Shown piece by piece: positions 50,042-60,260 of a stretch of 64,000 nucleotides of DNA (within the stretch, counting starts at the first letter, position 1; each line of letters starts with the position of its first letter). Under the pieces are notes generated by a model. The model saw only the letters and a list, made by a program, of their open reading frames with translations. It made no database searches and was not told the origin of the DNA. The DNA lies in NCBI GenBank assembly GCA_022763105.1, contig JALEGK010000030.1:358-64357 (forward strand), in the 5' to 3' direction. Source of the DNA: Rickettsiales bacterium. GTDB lineage: Bacteria > Pseudomonadota > Alphaproteobacteria > Rickettsiales > UBA3002. A program made the translations under genes and the position numbers.

Positions 50042-52168
50042 ATGGCAAAAGACGATACAGAAAAGCAGCCTAAAGAGAAGACCGCAGCACAGCGTCTAGC
50101 GGAGCTTGATAAGGATGCTGCGCCTGATGCAGTCGATGCTGTAGCTAACCAAGGCAAACAGCTCGCAGATGAAGGCAAGCAAATTGCCGATCAAGCCACA
50201 GCGATTGCCGCAGGCGGCGTTACGGCCGATGCCGCACGCGAAATGGCACTGAAATATGGTGGCGATAACGCACAGAAATTGGTGGCCGCAGGCGATCAAC
50301 TCAAACAACTTCAAAATGCAACGAATGGCGACACACCAGATTTTAAAGCACTGGCAGCCTCCGCCGAGCAAATGGGCGTGGATGGCAAAACCAAAGAATT
50401 CTTACATCACCTAGCAGATAGTAGTGACCCTGCAAGAGCGGGTGAAGTGCCGGGCCTGATCGTCGATCGCGATTCGGGCAAAGTAAAACTCTTCGGTATC
50501 GAAGGCATGGAAGTGCCACCGCAATATGCGGCGATCATGGCTTCGGGTTATACCTTTGCGCTGAACCTAATAAATGGGTTCGTCTGGGACAAAGCATATA
50601 AGGGCGCATCGCATGTAGCAGAACATCAGTTTAACCTAGATGCAGCTGGTCGCCATAGAGCAGGCTTAGTCGCAGCTTACGCTGGTATCGGCGCGATGAC
50701 ACACTGGATTGATATCAATCAGTTCTATCAGGCAGAAAAACAATACCGAGAAGATTATCGCAAATTATCGCGTCATTTAGCACCCGTGCTGGACGACATG
50801 AAAGGTCACCACGGCACAGCGGCTCTCTTCAGTGTGAAGCCGGATGAAAACGAACTCGTATATAATGAACGCCGACGCATGCATGATATCAATAATGCAG
50901 AACGCAATAAGCACTTTGTGCAGGCGCTGGGTCGTAATGTTCAGTTTGTCGTGAGTGCCGTCGAAGGCCACGCTAAGTTAGGCGCGCAGGGCTTTAATTC
51001 GGATGCGGCAAAACAAGCAGCGAAATTCGCAAAAGACAAAGATGCTATGAAAGAGCATTACGCGAAACTTGCCGAGACGATGGACGAAATCAAATCGCAA
51101 GTGGGCGATCGCATTAGTAAAGAGAAACTCTTGGAGATGGCTGAAGAGCAAATTGGCGCCGCTCCAAAAGGCAAAGCAAAAGCAGACGCGAAGGGCGGCT
51201 TCAGTAATGTTCAAAGCCAGCTGATGAATGGTGGCGCACTGATCTCAACCTTTGTCGGTCAGATGGTGGGTAATGCGCTATTCACCTCTCGCCGTGATAA
51301 AATTCAGCCAATCTCGGCCTATGACATGATCCGCGAATTAAAAGCGCAGGTCGATGATAATACCAAACGCGAACGCTACCGCCTGCCAACAGGCATGAAG
51401 GTGGAAGGTCGCAAAGGCGTGAATGATAATGCACTCACATTAGAGCATTATATCGAGCAAATCTTTAGGCAGCATGAGCGCGACGGTGACCCGAGCGCAA
51501 AAATCAGCGACCGCCTGAAAGACGAATTTGAAGAAGCATGCGGTATCATCGCACAAGAAATTCGCGATGAGCGACTAGACACCATGGCGCTGATCCAGCT
51601 CGTCGGTGAGCGTAAAGTGGTTCGCCGCGGTGGTAAGTCGGTGGTTGGTAAGGACGTAGTCAATGCAGAAGTAGATCGCATTGAAGCGCAGATGAAGCAC
51701 GCAAGCTTCATCGACGAGGCAGAATATTTCAACGACGCATCATTCAGCAAAGAACAGCTACGCGACGCATGGGATGCTATGGATGCAGAAGAACGCGAAA
51801 TTTTCGCGACCTTCGTACCAGAAGAAGTGTTAGAAGCAGCAGGGGTGAACCTGAAGAAACTACAGCAAGACAAAGCACAGCGCCGCGAAGCCATGCACAA
51901 GAATGTGAAACAGGTCGTCGATGGCTTGGTGAAAATGGGCGATGAAAAAATGCGCGAACTAGACGCGACCAACACCGAAATCGAACTGCTCAATAATGCA
52001 GCAGAAAAAGTAGCAAAAGAAGGCGATGACGCCATCGATAAATACATGCCGGGCGTGGGCAAGAATGGCGAGCTAACACTCGACAGACCCGTTGCCAACA
52101 TGCTGGTGCACCACGTTCAACATGGCGGACGACTACAGGAGTTAATGATAGAGCGTAGCGCTGAATAA
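50042..52168 (+). CDS. large hypothetical protein (helical, with hydrophobic segments)
   Basis: Likely start MAKDD at 50042. Confidence 0.75.
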   Translation: MAKDDTEKQPKEKTAAQRLAELDKDAAPDAVDAVANQGKQLADEGKQIADQATAIAAGGVTADAAREMALKYGGDNAQKLVAAGDQLKQLQNATNGDTPDFKALAASAEQMGVDGKTKEFLHHLADSSDPARAGEVPGLIVDRDSGKVKLFGIEGMEVPPQYAAIMASGYTFALNLINGFVWDKAYKGASHVAEHQFNLDAAGRHRAGLVAAYAGIGAMTHWIDINQFYQAEKQYREDYRKLSRHLAPVLDDMKGHHGTAALFSVKPDENELVYNERRRMHDINNAERNKHFVQALGRNVQFVVSAVEGHAKLGAQGFNSDAAKQAAKFAKDKDAMKEHYAKLAETMDEIKSQVGDRISKEKLLEMAEEQIGAAPKGKAKADAKGGFSNVQSQLMNGGALISTFVGQMVGNALFTSRRDKIQPISAYDMIRELKAQVDDNTKRERYRLPTGMKVEGRKGVNDNALTLEHYIEQIFRQHERDGDPSAKISDRLKDEFEEACGIIAQEIRDERLDTMALIQLVGERKVVRRGGKSVVGKDVVNAEVDRIEAQMKHASFIDEAEYFNDASFSKEQLRDAWDAMDAEEREIFATFVPEEVLEAAGVNLKKLQQDKAQRREAMHKNVKQVVDGLVKMGDEKMRELDATNTEIELLNNAAEKVAKEGDDAIDKYMPGVGKNGELTLDRPVANMLVHHVQHGGRLQELMIERSAE

Positions 52169-52211
52169 AGACGACAACCAAGGCAAAGCACACGGGAGAT
52201 AGCCAAGCCAC

Positions 52212-54239
52212 ATGGGAAAACACGACGAACTACAAAGCCAATGGCGTAATCCGCCGGATGAGGTAGACCCATCCGAAGTCGGCATGACGACCAGCGCTGT
52301 GCTCAATAATGGCGATGCAGGCTATAAACTTTTCAAAAAATTCACCGACACCGGACTGAAAATGGATAGCATGTTCAGCCCATGGAGTTACTTCACCAAG
52401 ATCCCTGGCCCGTTTGAGCATTTCTTGAAAAATAACGGCAATGCACAAGGCTCTTGTACCGCTGGCTGGATGGAATATATCGGACAAATGTATGCGCTTG
52501 GCGATGATATGCGCAGCTTTACAAGCATGATGATGCCACCACCCATTGCGATGATGGCAGGCCAGTTCGGCTTATTGGCAACCGATACGCATCGTGAATT
52601 TAGCCAGAAATTTAACGATAACCTACTGACTCATAATGACGATGGTTCGCTGAATCGTGTGTATTCAACCCATGTAAGAAAATTGTTCGAGCCGGGAAAA
52701 GAAGATCAATGGCCGCAGATTTTCTTAACCAGTAATCACGCCATGTCCGCAACACATGAAGATGTGGCGGGCCTAATGACGGGGCTACAGAAATTAGCCA
52801 AGGATAGCTTTGGACTAAAACCAAATCTTATTCGTCGCATCGATAAAGGCGCGCCCGAAGAAGACCCCGCTAAAGAGGGGGTTGGCCCAAAAACCATGAT
52901 CATTTCGGCGGTCAGTGCCCGCCCGAATGCATGGCTAAACGGTTCGGCTTTACTGCGCCGCCTGATTGAACTGCGTGTTCAGCATGACCGTAACCCGCAT
53001 CAATTCCCCGATCAGGATTCGGAGATGAGCCCGGCAGCGATTCGCCTGGCTAAATTTATGCTACGCATGATGGTCGAAGAAAAAGATATCAGACGCGTTG
53101 ACCCATTCGGTACAGAGCGCATGGCCGATATCATCGCGGATGGTCAAGAGCCTGTCACACTACGCAGTGACGCCCGCGCCATCGCACAGCATATTCGTAT
53201 TGCAGGCTATAGTAAGGGCGGAAATACCGTGACCGATGCAATGCGCTACTTAGTATCAGAACTGAAAGCGACACGCGCAAATGGCGAGCCAGCCTTTGTG
53301 ATCCGCCATAAAGAGAATGAGCCGCTAAAAGAAGACGAAAGAGATTATGGTGATGCCCAAGGCGCGGCATCGGCACTGGGCAAATGGGATATCGCATCGA
53401 TTGTACGTAATATCGGTTTGCTAAGCATTGCTGCCGGTGAAGTACCGCTAACACACGAAGAAAAAGAATATGGCATCCGCCGGATTAATATTCTGAATGA
53501 TAAAGATGTGGTGGCATCGCATTTCAGTGCGGCAGACCGCAAACGCCCGGAATTATTCTATGGCCGCCATGATGATTTCCACCTTATTGGCGGTGTCGGT
53601 GATGAGTTGGGGCACGGACCCGACTTTGCGCTAGGTACCATCAGCAAAGATGGCAAAGAAGAAAGCGGCTATATCATGAGTAAGCCCAACGGTGGCGTGC
53701 GCGATAAATTGCGTTGCTATTTCGCGTCGATGTTTGACAAGGTAGCCGTACAGGACCTTGTAATTATTCCCGAATTTGAGAAGGATGGAAAACATTACGA
53801 CGCACAGGTCGAAATCGAGCTGGCACCCGGTGTAACCTTTGATCAGGCAGAGAAAAAACTGCTACCCGCATTGAATGACGCTGTGTATGGCAATGGCAAA
53901 AAAGTGAGCCAAGAAGAGGCGGTAAGTTTCTATACAGACCTAGATAGCCGCTGTTTGCGTATGACGGGCTGGAAATCTGGCATGGATATGAGCAAACTCG
54001 TCTCGCGCATTAAGGAAGCCTTTGAAACATTAGGACCAAATGATGCCGGAAACGACGTGCTGATCTCAAAGAATGCGATGTGGGAGCTAGATAATTATGA
54101 GCGTGAAGTCGCACAAACCAACCATCCAAATGCTGCGGCCATCTATGCTGAATCGGTGATTCACGACCGCATGCATGACGCAACACGATTCTACCCCGAG
54201 CTGGCAGAGCCGCAAAGCCATGCCATGCGAGGCTCCTAA
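52212..54239 (+). CDS. putative alpha/beta-hydrolase (lipase-like)
   Basis: IRIAGYSKGG nucleophile elbow, NILNDKDVV acid, LGHG histidine in the expected order. Confidence 0.6.
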   Translation: MGKHDELQSQWRNPPDEVDPSEVGMTTSAVLNNGDAGYKLFKKFTDTGLKMDSMFSPWSYFTKIPGPFEHFLKNNGNAQGSCTAGWMEYIGQMYALGDDMRSFTSMMMPPPIAMMAGQFGLLATDTHREFSQKFNDNLLTHNDDGSLNRVYSTHVRKLFEPGKEDQWPQIFLTSNHAMSATHEDVAGLMTGLQKLAKDSFGLKPNLIRRIDKGAPEEDPAKEGVGPKTMIISAVSARPNAWLNGSALLRRLIELRVQHDRNPHQFPDQDSEMSPAAIRLAKFMLRMMVEEKDIRRVDPFGTERMADIIADGQEPVTLRSDARAIAQHIRIAGYSKGGNTVTDAMRYLVSELKATRANGEPAFVIRHKENEPLKEDERDYGDAQGAASALGKWDIASIVRNIGLLSIAAGEVPLTHEEKEYGIRRINILNDKDVVASHFSAADRKRPELFYGRHDDFHLIGGVGDELGHGPDFALGTISKDGKEESGYIMSKPNGGVRDKLRCYFASMFDKVAVQDLVIIPEFEKDGKHYDAQVEIELAPGVTFDQAEKKLLPALNDAVYGNGKKVSQEEAVSFYTDLDSRCLRMTGWKSGMDMSKLVSRIKEAFETLGPNDAGNDVLISKNAMWELDNYEREVAQTNHPNAAAIYAESVIHDRMHDATRFYPELAEPQSHAMRGS

Positions 54240-54369
54240 CACCCTAAAACCCCTCTGTTTTTTCACGGAAACGTCATAAAAGGTTCATACTGACGAACCA
54301 AAGGCACGATATACTGATAAGGATGCTAAAAGTGTATCTACAGTTGAATTATGTGCATGAGGTGGCGAA

Positions 54370-56190
54370 ATGGTAGAGCAATTCGTCAGTAGCGCTATGC
54401 GTGCGCCAAAACCGGGTGGCTTAGGCCAAGTCGGCGGAAGTGCGGGCATGAAAGGTGCCAAGCTCACGCAAATGGGTGATCCGACCAAAGTACGCACATG
54501 GGATCACCAGAGTTTCTTCGAGTCAGGTTTAGAAAATGTTGGTACCGTCGGCGATGTCGCCTTTGGTGCGCAATTCCTGATTCCGGGTTTAGCATGGGTC
54601 ACACGAAATACATTAGGCCGCCTTCCGAATGTTGGGCTAGGCATTACCAACGGTGCAGGTAAAATCTTCACCGCGCCAATGCGTGCATTAGAAACCACAA
54701 CAGTAGAAGATGCATTAAGCGGCCGCGCATTTGGCAAGCTGGCATCGGAACACGCACGACACAGTAAAGCCTATGCTGCCGAATTCGGTTCGCTCAAAGG
54801 CACGGCTGAAGGCGCTGAGATTCTCGCTAACCATAGCATTGCACCGAAAGCAGCAGAGTTTACCTCTGGCGCATTCCGCAATGATCACTTCCTGCATGGA
54901 TGGGCACAGCGAGGCATTACAAAAGGATTTGAAAACCTAACCGAACAAGCAACCGGCCATCAGGCGAATCTGGCAATCGGTAAGCAGGGCATGCTGGAAG
55001 GCACGCTCACCAAAATGGGCATAAAAGAAGCACCAGCCATTGCACAGATGCCAGCAGAAGTACAAGCCATTCACGATGAGTTAGGCGCATTCAAACAGAC
55101 CATTTCAGGTGAAGCACATCTGGTGGATATGGCAAAAGCAGAAAAGCATTTGGGTAATGTGGTCAAGCTTTCGCAAACCGCAGAAGTAGCAGGTCACGGC
55201 AAGCTGATTGGTACTATCGCCAAAGATATGGGCGAGATGAGAGAAAAGCTGACCGGCGTTCAAAAACACATGAGCGCTGCGCGTAATCCTAAAGGTGCGA
55301 TGGCAACGGTAGGCACCGCAGTTAAAGGTGCGTCGCTGTTTGATGTTGTGTTTAAAGGCGGTATGGCCGCTGGTGCCGCGTATTATGGCGTACGCACCAT
55401 TACACATGCGAGCCAAGCGATCTCTTACCTGAAAGAATTAAACAAAGACCTGACTGGCAAAGAGCTGGGCACGCTAGATCTGATCATGGGTAATCACCTA
55501 ACCCCAATGATGCAAGAAGCGCGCGCCAATATGATTGCGAAGTTTGGACCAGAAACAGTCGCTGCCGCAGCCAGTGCCGCGCTGAACATTATTTTCATGA
55601 GCAAGCACCTTAATGCTAAATCGCAGGCACTCATGATCGGTGCAATCGGTACACAAATGGCCGCTAGCAGCCTAAGCCCACCACAGCACCTGCTTGATAG
55701 CTATATCCAGATCAAAGACATGCAAAAGCAGAATATTCCAGTGCCAGTTGAATCTTACGGCATGTTACTCGATGCCGCATCGGCAGATGCACGCGCCGCA
55801 GGTGGCCCTGAGAGCCGCTTGGTACGACGCTTGGCCGAGGAATATACCAAAGAACAAATCAAACCAGCAGATTTGCTGAAAGAAATCGAAGGCAAAGACG
55901 TCTTCAATAAACGCGCGCACCGCATTGCCAAAGAGATCAAAGCAGAAGATGCGAAGAAGCATCGCCATCCAACGACCAATAAATCGCTTCTAGATGACAA
56001 AGACCAGAAACCTGATAGCAAAATTAATGCGAAGAGTGCGAAACGTCAGGATGAAAAAGAACATGATGATCAGCGCACCAATACCGATGGAGCCGCGTTA
56101 GAAAAAGCCGATGCAAAAACCGTGATCGCTGCAAATGAAATGAGCCATGAAGGGCGCATGCAAGAAGCAAGCAGGGAGGTGAGCAGCTAA
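54370..56190 (+). CDS. large hypothetical protein with Ala/Gly hydrophobic helices
   Basis: 606 aa, GAGG RBS; ends KTVIAANEMSHEGRMQEASREVSS. Confidence 0.75.
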   Translation: MVEQFVSSAMRAPKPGGLGQVGGSAGMKGAKLTQMGDPTKVRTWDHQSFFESGLENVGTVGDVAFGAQFLIPGLAWVTRNTLGRLPNVGLGITNGAGKIFTAPMRALETTTVEDALSGRAFGKLASEHARHSKAYAAEFGSLKGTAEGAEILANHSIAPKAAEFTSGAFRNDHFLHGWAQRGITKGFENLTEQATGHQANLAIGKQGMLEGTLTKMGIKEAPAIAQMPAEVQAIHDELGAFKQTISGEAHLVDMAKAEKHLGNVVKLSQTAEVAGHGKLIGTIAKDMGEMREKLTGVQKHMSAARNPKGAMATVGTAVKGASLFDVVFKGGMAAGAAYYGVRTITHASQAISYLKELNKDLTGKELGTLDLIMGNHLTPMMQEARANMIAKFGPETVAAAASAALNIIFMSKHLNAKSQALMIGAIGTQMAASSLSPPQHLLDSYIQIKDMQKQNIPVPVESYGMLLDAASADARAAGGPESRLVRRLAEEYTKEQIKPADLLKEIEGKDVFNKRAHRIAKEIKAEDAKKHRHPTTNKSLLDDKDQKPDSKINAKSAKRQDEKEHDDQRTNTDGAALEKADAKTVIAANEMSHEGRMQEASREVSS

Positions 56191-57311
56191 TGGCATTACC
56201 ACCTGAAGAGCGCGAAAAACTAGGTTTGCCAGAAGCCAATGTCAATGGTGCAAGCTTGGCTGGAGTTGCGGTAGCACAGCGCGAAGAGGCCGACCAAAGC
56301 ATGTTGCCCGGCCGCGCAGGCAAGATGATGGCAGAAGGCCAAAAGGCGATTCAGAATTTTGACCCTAAAGAACTCATGACCACCGATTTCTTACTCGAAG
56401 TAGCAGAAGGTGGCGTGCCGATTCCAGGTGTGCAGATGGTGGGTAACGTCGCAGGTGCTGGTGTTGGCTTTATCGTCGCAGACCGTCGCGCAAAGAAACA
56501 ATATGACGCTATGATTGAGCGTTACCGCGATGAAATCTCAACCCAACTGGGCGTGCCGTCTGAGCAAGTGGGCATTAAAGAATTATTGGAAGCCGCCAAA
56601 CACAGCCCAGGACTGCGTAAGTCACTCGAATCGATTGATGCGGAGAAAGAATCCCATCCATATGTCAATATCTCTGGCCTACTCGGTATGGGTGGCGCGG
56701 TGATGGCATCCGCCCCATTATTCGCAGGTGGTCCGATTATTGGCCTAGTCGGTGGTGCCGTCGCGGCGATGGGTGGCTATATGGCGGGTAGTAAGATTGG
56801 AGAATCTTTCTTGAGTCCCAATGAAGATGCCAACCCGCAAAAGCATTTAGAAGAAATTGAAATGAAACTGCAAGCCGGTGAACCGGTGACCGAGCTAGAT
56901 TTATTCAAGCTGCGAGTCGCGCAAAGCCCGTACCTAGAGCAACAAATCGAGTCGCAGATGGGCAAACATTTTGCGCAGCTAAACAAAGCCGACCAGAAAT
57001 TTGTGATGCGACGTAATGCGTCACTCAGACATCGTTGTATGGTGGATGCTGACAGATGCAATAACGGATTAAACACCGATGAGCTGATGTTTGATCAGCA
57101 ACAACATTCTCCAGTACAAGAAATTAATGATTTAGCCGAGTTAACGGGCGATGCGCAAATGAGCGAACAGGTAGGTGATGAGCCGGGCGTGTTCGGTAAG
57201 CACACCGCCCGTCACCAATCTGGCTCTGGCAAAGGCGGTAATTTCCGCGAGATGGTCAAAGCGCGCCGCGTGCTGGCTTCGCAAGGCGCAGCACTCGATA
57301 AGACATCCTAA
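56190..57311 (+). CDS. glycine-zipper-containing hypothetical protein
   Basis: GPIIGLVGGAVAAMGGYMAGSKIG; TAATG coupling with the upstream gene. Confidence 0.75.
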   Translation: MALPPEEREKLGLPEANVNGASLAGVAVAQREEADQSMLPGRAGKMMAEGQKAIQNFDPKELMTTDFLLEVAEGGVPIPGVQMVGNVAGAGVGFIVADRRAKKQYDAMIERYRDEISTQLGVPSEQVGIKELLEAAKHSPGLRKSLESIDAEKESHPYVNISGLLGMGGAVMASAPLFAGGPIIGLVGGAVAAMGGYMAGSKIGESFLSPNEDANPQKHLEEIEMKLQAGEPVTELDLFKLRVAQSPYLEQQIESQMGKHFAQLNKADQKFVMRRNASLRHRCMVDADRCNNGLNTDELMFDQQQHSPVQEINDLAELTGDAQMSEQVGDEPGVFGKHTARHQSGSGKGGNFREMVKARRVLASQGAALDKTS

Positions 57312-57372
57312 ATTCAGACGCACCGTCTGAACCTATTTTCACCTTTTATTCTATCTAACCAATGAGGCTATC

Positions 57373-57972
57373 ATGGCGTTTCACGACGTTCAGTTTCCCA
57401 CTGACATCAGCTATGGCTCGACTGGCGGGCCGGGCTTTTCTACCGATATTGTCATCAATCATGGTGGCTATGAACAGCGCAACAGTAATTGGGCGCAAGC
57501 GCGCGGGCGATATAATGTCGCGCATGGCATTAAAACCCAAAACCAACTGAATGAGCTGGTCGCATTCTTCCGCGCACGCAAAGGTCGCGCCCATAGTTTT
57601 CGTTTTAAAGATTGGACAGACTATGAGGCCAACGGTGTCATCATCGGCACTGGCGATGGCAGCACCGTCGAATTTCAGCTGATCAAACCCTACACCAGCG
57701 GCGCAACGACAATCAGCCGCACCATCAGCTTACCTGTCGCGGGAGCGTTGAGTCTTTATCTGGATGGCTCGATCACCCCAAGCGGCTACAGCATAGATAA
57801 TAGCACCGGATTGATCACCTTCGATTCCGCACCCGGATCAGGCGTGGTGATCACCGCAGATTACGAATTTGATCTGCCCGCACGATTCGATACCGACCAG
57901 CTCTCTGCCCGCATCGAGAATTATGGCGTGCGTAGCTGGTTAGATATCCCAATCATCGAAGTGCGGAGGTAG
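57373..57972 (+). CDS. DUF2460/TIGR02217 distal tail protein (GTA g12)
   Basis: FHDVQFP.DISYGSTGGP, EQRN..W, FFRARKGR..FRFKDW.D, FDLPARFDTD. Confidence 0.93.
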   Translation: MAFHDVQFPTDISYGSTGGPGFSTDIVINHGGYEQRNSNWAQARGRYNVAHGIKTQNQLNELVAFFRARKGRAHSFRFKDWTDYEANGVIIGTGDGSTVEFQLIKPYTSGATTISRTISLPVAGALSLYLDGSITPSGYSIDNSTGLITFDSAPGSGVVITADYEFDLPARFDTDQLSARIENYGVRSWLDIPIIEVRR

Positions 57973-57974
57973 CC

Positions 57975-58823
57975 ATGCATACACTCACCAGCGCATTCAA
58001 CGCGCATTTGCAAACCGATGTGACGACACTTGCAACTTGCTGGAAGATCACGCGGCGCGATAGCACAATCATGGGCTTCACCGATCATGACACCGATATT
58101 GAGTTAAGTGGCGTCACCTATCTGGCATCATCCGGATTCACGCCCACAGCCGTGCAGAACTCATCCGCACTAAATGTCGATAATCTAGACGTACAAGGGC
58201 TGCTCGATTCGGCGGCCATCACCGAAGAGGATTTGCTCGCCGGTGTGTATGACTTCGCCGAAGTGGAATGCTTTGTCCTCAATTACGAAGCGCCTGATGA
58301 TGGCACGCTACCGCTGCGCACCGGATGGATTGGCGAGGTAACAGTCAATCAAGGCGAGTTCATCGCCGAGATTCGTGGACTCACCCAACGTCTGGGCCAA
58401 ACCATCGGCCAGCTTTATTCGCCCACTTGCCGTGCGCAGTTAGGTGATAGCAGATGCGGCGTGACGCTAGGTAGCTTTACCGTAACCGGTACGGTCACAG
58501 CCAGCACAGACCGCAACCAACTAACCGATAGCGGCCGCTCAGAAGATGACGGCTATTTTGCTTACGGCGTGGTGAGCTTTACATCCGGTGCGAATACCGG
58601 CTTAAGCATGGAAGTAAAACAATTCAGCAATGGTAGTTTTATTCTGATGCAGGCCATGCCGCACACGATAGAGGCAGGCGACACCTATAGCGCGATAGCA
58701 GGCTGCGATAAACGCATCGCCACCTGCGCCAGTGTTTTTAGTAATGCTGCCAACTTCCGTGGCGAGCCGCATGTGCCCGGAACCGACCGGATTTTAGAGA
58801 CTTCGACCACACGTAACGAGTAA
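57975..58823 (+). CDS. DUF2163/TIGR02218 baseplate hub protein (GTA g13)
   Basis: CWKITRRD..GFTDHD, CRAQLGDSRC, GCDKR..TC..F.N..NFRGEPHVPG. Confidence 0.93.
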   Translation: MHTLTSAFNAHLQTDVTTLATCWKITRRDSTIMGFTDHDTDIELSGVTYLASSGFTPTAVQNSSALNVDNLDVQGLLDSAAITEEDLLAGVYDFAEVECFVLNYEAPDDGTLPLRTGWIGEVTVNQGEFIAEIRGLTQRLGQTIGQLYSPTCRAQLGDSRCGVTLGSFTVTGTVTASTDRNQLTDSGRSEDDGYFAYGVVSFTSGANTGLSMEVKQFSNGSFILMQAMPHTIEAGDTYSAIAGCDKRIATCASVFSNAANFRGEPHVPGTDRILETSTTRNE

Positions 58824-58911
58824 AGCAGCCCCAAAGCCCACATTTAAGTCATTCTGCTTGCTTGTGCGCCGCAAAAGGCGTACATCCTGAAAGGAGAAAA
58901 ACGAGCAATAT

Positions 58912-59085
58912 ATGGCTTTTATTCTGAATATGCTGGGCGGGATGATGTCAGTGCTAACACTGCGCTCATCTGGCGTGTACCGATACCCCTACCGCAACAG
59001 CATGGAAGGATTGGGCGGCGACTTCAAACGTGTCGCAAGCGATATCAGCTATATCATTGCCGAGGATGATGAAGACGAAGACTGA
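58912..59085 (+). CDS. small hypothetical protein upstream of DUF2335
   Basis: Hand-translated 57 aa MAFILNMLGG...EGLGGDFKRVASDI...EDED; 3-nt gap to DUF2335; below the ORF-track cutoff. Confidence 0.55.
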   Translation: MAFILNMLGGMMSVLTLRSSGVYRYPYRNSMEGLGGDFKRVASDISYIIAEDDEDED

Positions 59086-59088
59086 CGC

Positions 59089-59586
59089 ATGAATACGCAG
59101 AACAAACCACAAGGCAATAAAGGCAACAACCCGCGACGCGGTAACAATAACCGTACCGAATCCGCAGGTGGCCGCCAAAACCGCAACCGCCGCCCGCGCA
59201 AAAAGGCGGAGGTCTTGCCAGATCCAGAAGTGCTGGAAGCGTATGATTACGTTGTCGAAGGCTCTGCAAAAGAAATCATCGAAATGTTCAAGACCGAACA
59301 AGCGCACCGACACCAATGGGAACGACGCGCCTTGCGTATTCACATGATGAGCACGGTCATCGGCCAAGTGCTTGGTTTCCTCATCGCGATTGCGATTTTT
59401 GTCTCCGCGGCCGTTATCGGCATTCACGGCGACTCAACCATTGGCGCATTTATCTGGGTCTTTGGCATGGCGATCATCACCATGGCCGCACTGGTCTGGT
59501 GGTACGCAAAAAGCCTGGGCCAACGCCCACTCTTTGCCCGCCCCGCGCTACGTTCATCTTTCCGCGCGGAAAAAGATAAGAGCTAA
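59089..59586 (+). CDS. DUF2335 family membrane protein
   Basis: LPDPEVLEAYDYVVEGSAKEIIEMFKTEQAHR followed by two TM helices. Confidence 0.85.
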   Translation: MNTQNKPQGNKGNNPRRGNNNRTESAGGRQNRNRRPRKKAEVLPDPEVLEAYDYVVEGSAKEIIEMFKTEQAHRHQWERRALRIHMMSTVIGQVLGFLIAIAIFVSAAVIGIHGDSTIGAFIWVFGMAIITMAALVWWYAKSLGQRPLFARPALRSSFRAEKDKS

Positions 59587-59614
59587 TCATAACCCTTTAT
59601 ATCCGAGGTATATC

Positions 59615-60055
59615 ATGCAACAGCCATGCATTGTCGCGTGCGCGCGCAGCTATTTGGGCACGCCATTCAAACATCAAGGCCGAAGCAAAGACCGAGGCGT
59701 CGATTGCTTGGGGCTGCTGGTGGGCATTGCGCGTGATTGCGAATTGAAATCCGGCGAGCAACGACTTGCTGATCGCGATGATCGCGGCTACGGACACATT
59801 CCGCCTTACTCGCGATTACATCAAGGGCTCTGCGAAAACCTAACCGAGATTTCAAAAGAAAATATGAGGGCAGGGGATGTGGTATTGCTACGCCATGATG
59901 GCAACCCACAGCATCTGGGAATCATTGCGCAATTGGACGATGGCGTTTGGTCCATCATCCACGCCTATGCTAAAGCACGCAAGGTGGTCGAACACAGGCT
60001 GGATGATGGTTGGTATGCGCGAATCGCGCATATATACCGCTTCTGTGCGTCATAG
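59615..60055 (+). CDS. NlpC/P60 cell-wall peptidase (GTA g14)
   Basis: ARSYLGTPFKHQGR, GVDCLGL, GDVVL, HLGI, IIHAY; start MQQP at 59615 with GAGG RBS. Confidence 0.92.
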   Translation: MQQPCIVACARSYLGTPFKHQGRSKDRGVDCLGLLVGIARDCELKSGEQRLADRDDRGYGHIPPYSRLHQGLCENLTEISKENMRAGDVVLLRHDGNPQHLGIIAQLDDGVWSIIHAYAKARKVVEHRLDDGWYARIAHIYRFCAS

Positions 60056-60191
60056 CGTCTCTTGTTTTACATCGTGGGCTGCAAAGCTTGTTCTTCTGCG
60101 CTTCCGTTGCTCATGTATACGAAATACATTGCGCGACGGTTCTCGAATCCCATTCTTTTCGCACCACGCTCTAAAACAATAAACCGCTATG
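60051..60191. repeat. palindromic element (RPE-like), copy 2
   Basis: Arms CATAGCG/CGCTATG, TTGTTTTA/TAAAACAA, CGTGG/CCACG; same core as 40329-40450. Confidence 0.75.
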
Positions 60192-60260
60192 AATGTGTAA
60201 GTTGGGGAGGAGTCGAATCCGGATATGGTGGGGTCTAACCTGCGCTCATAGCTGCGCAGA

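Noticed and set aside
56190-57311. Calling this ORF the tape measure protein
   Set aside because: Position and Gly zipper fit, but no GTA g11 motifs were recognised and it has a cargo-like tail; kept only as a hypothesis.
12964-59614. Extended N-termini in the ORF track (12964, 39071, 42900, 49964, 59372 and others)
   Set aside because: These extensions overlap terminators or neighbouring genes; downstream ATGs match family starts or have an RBS.
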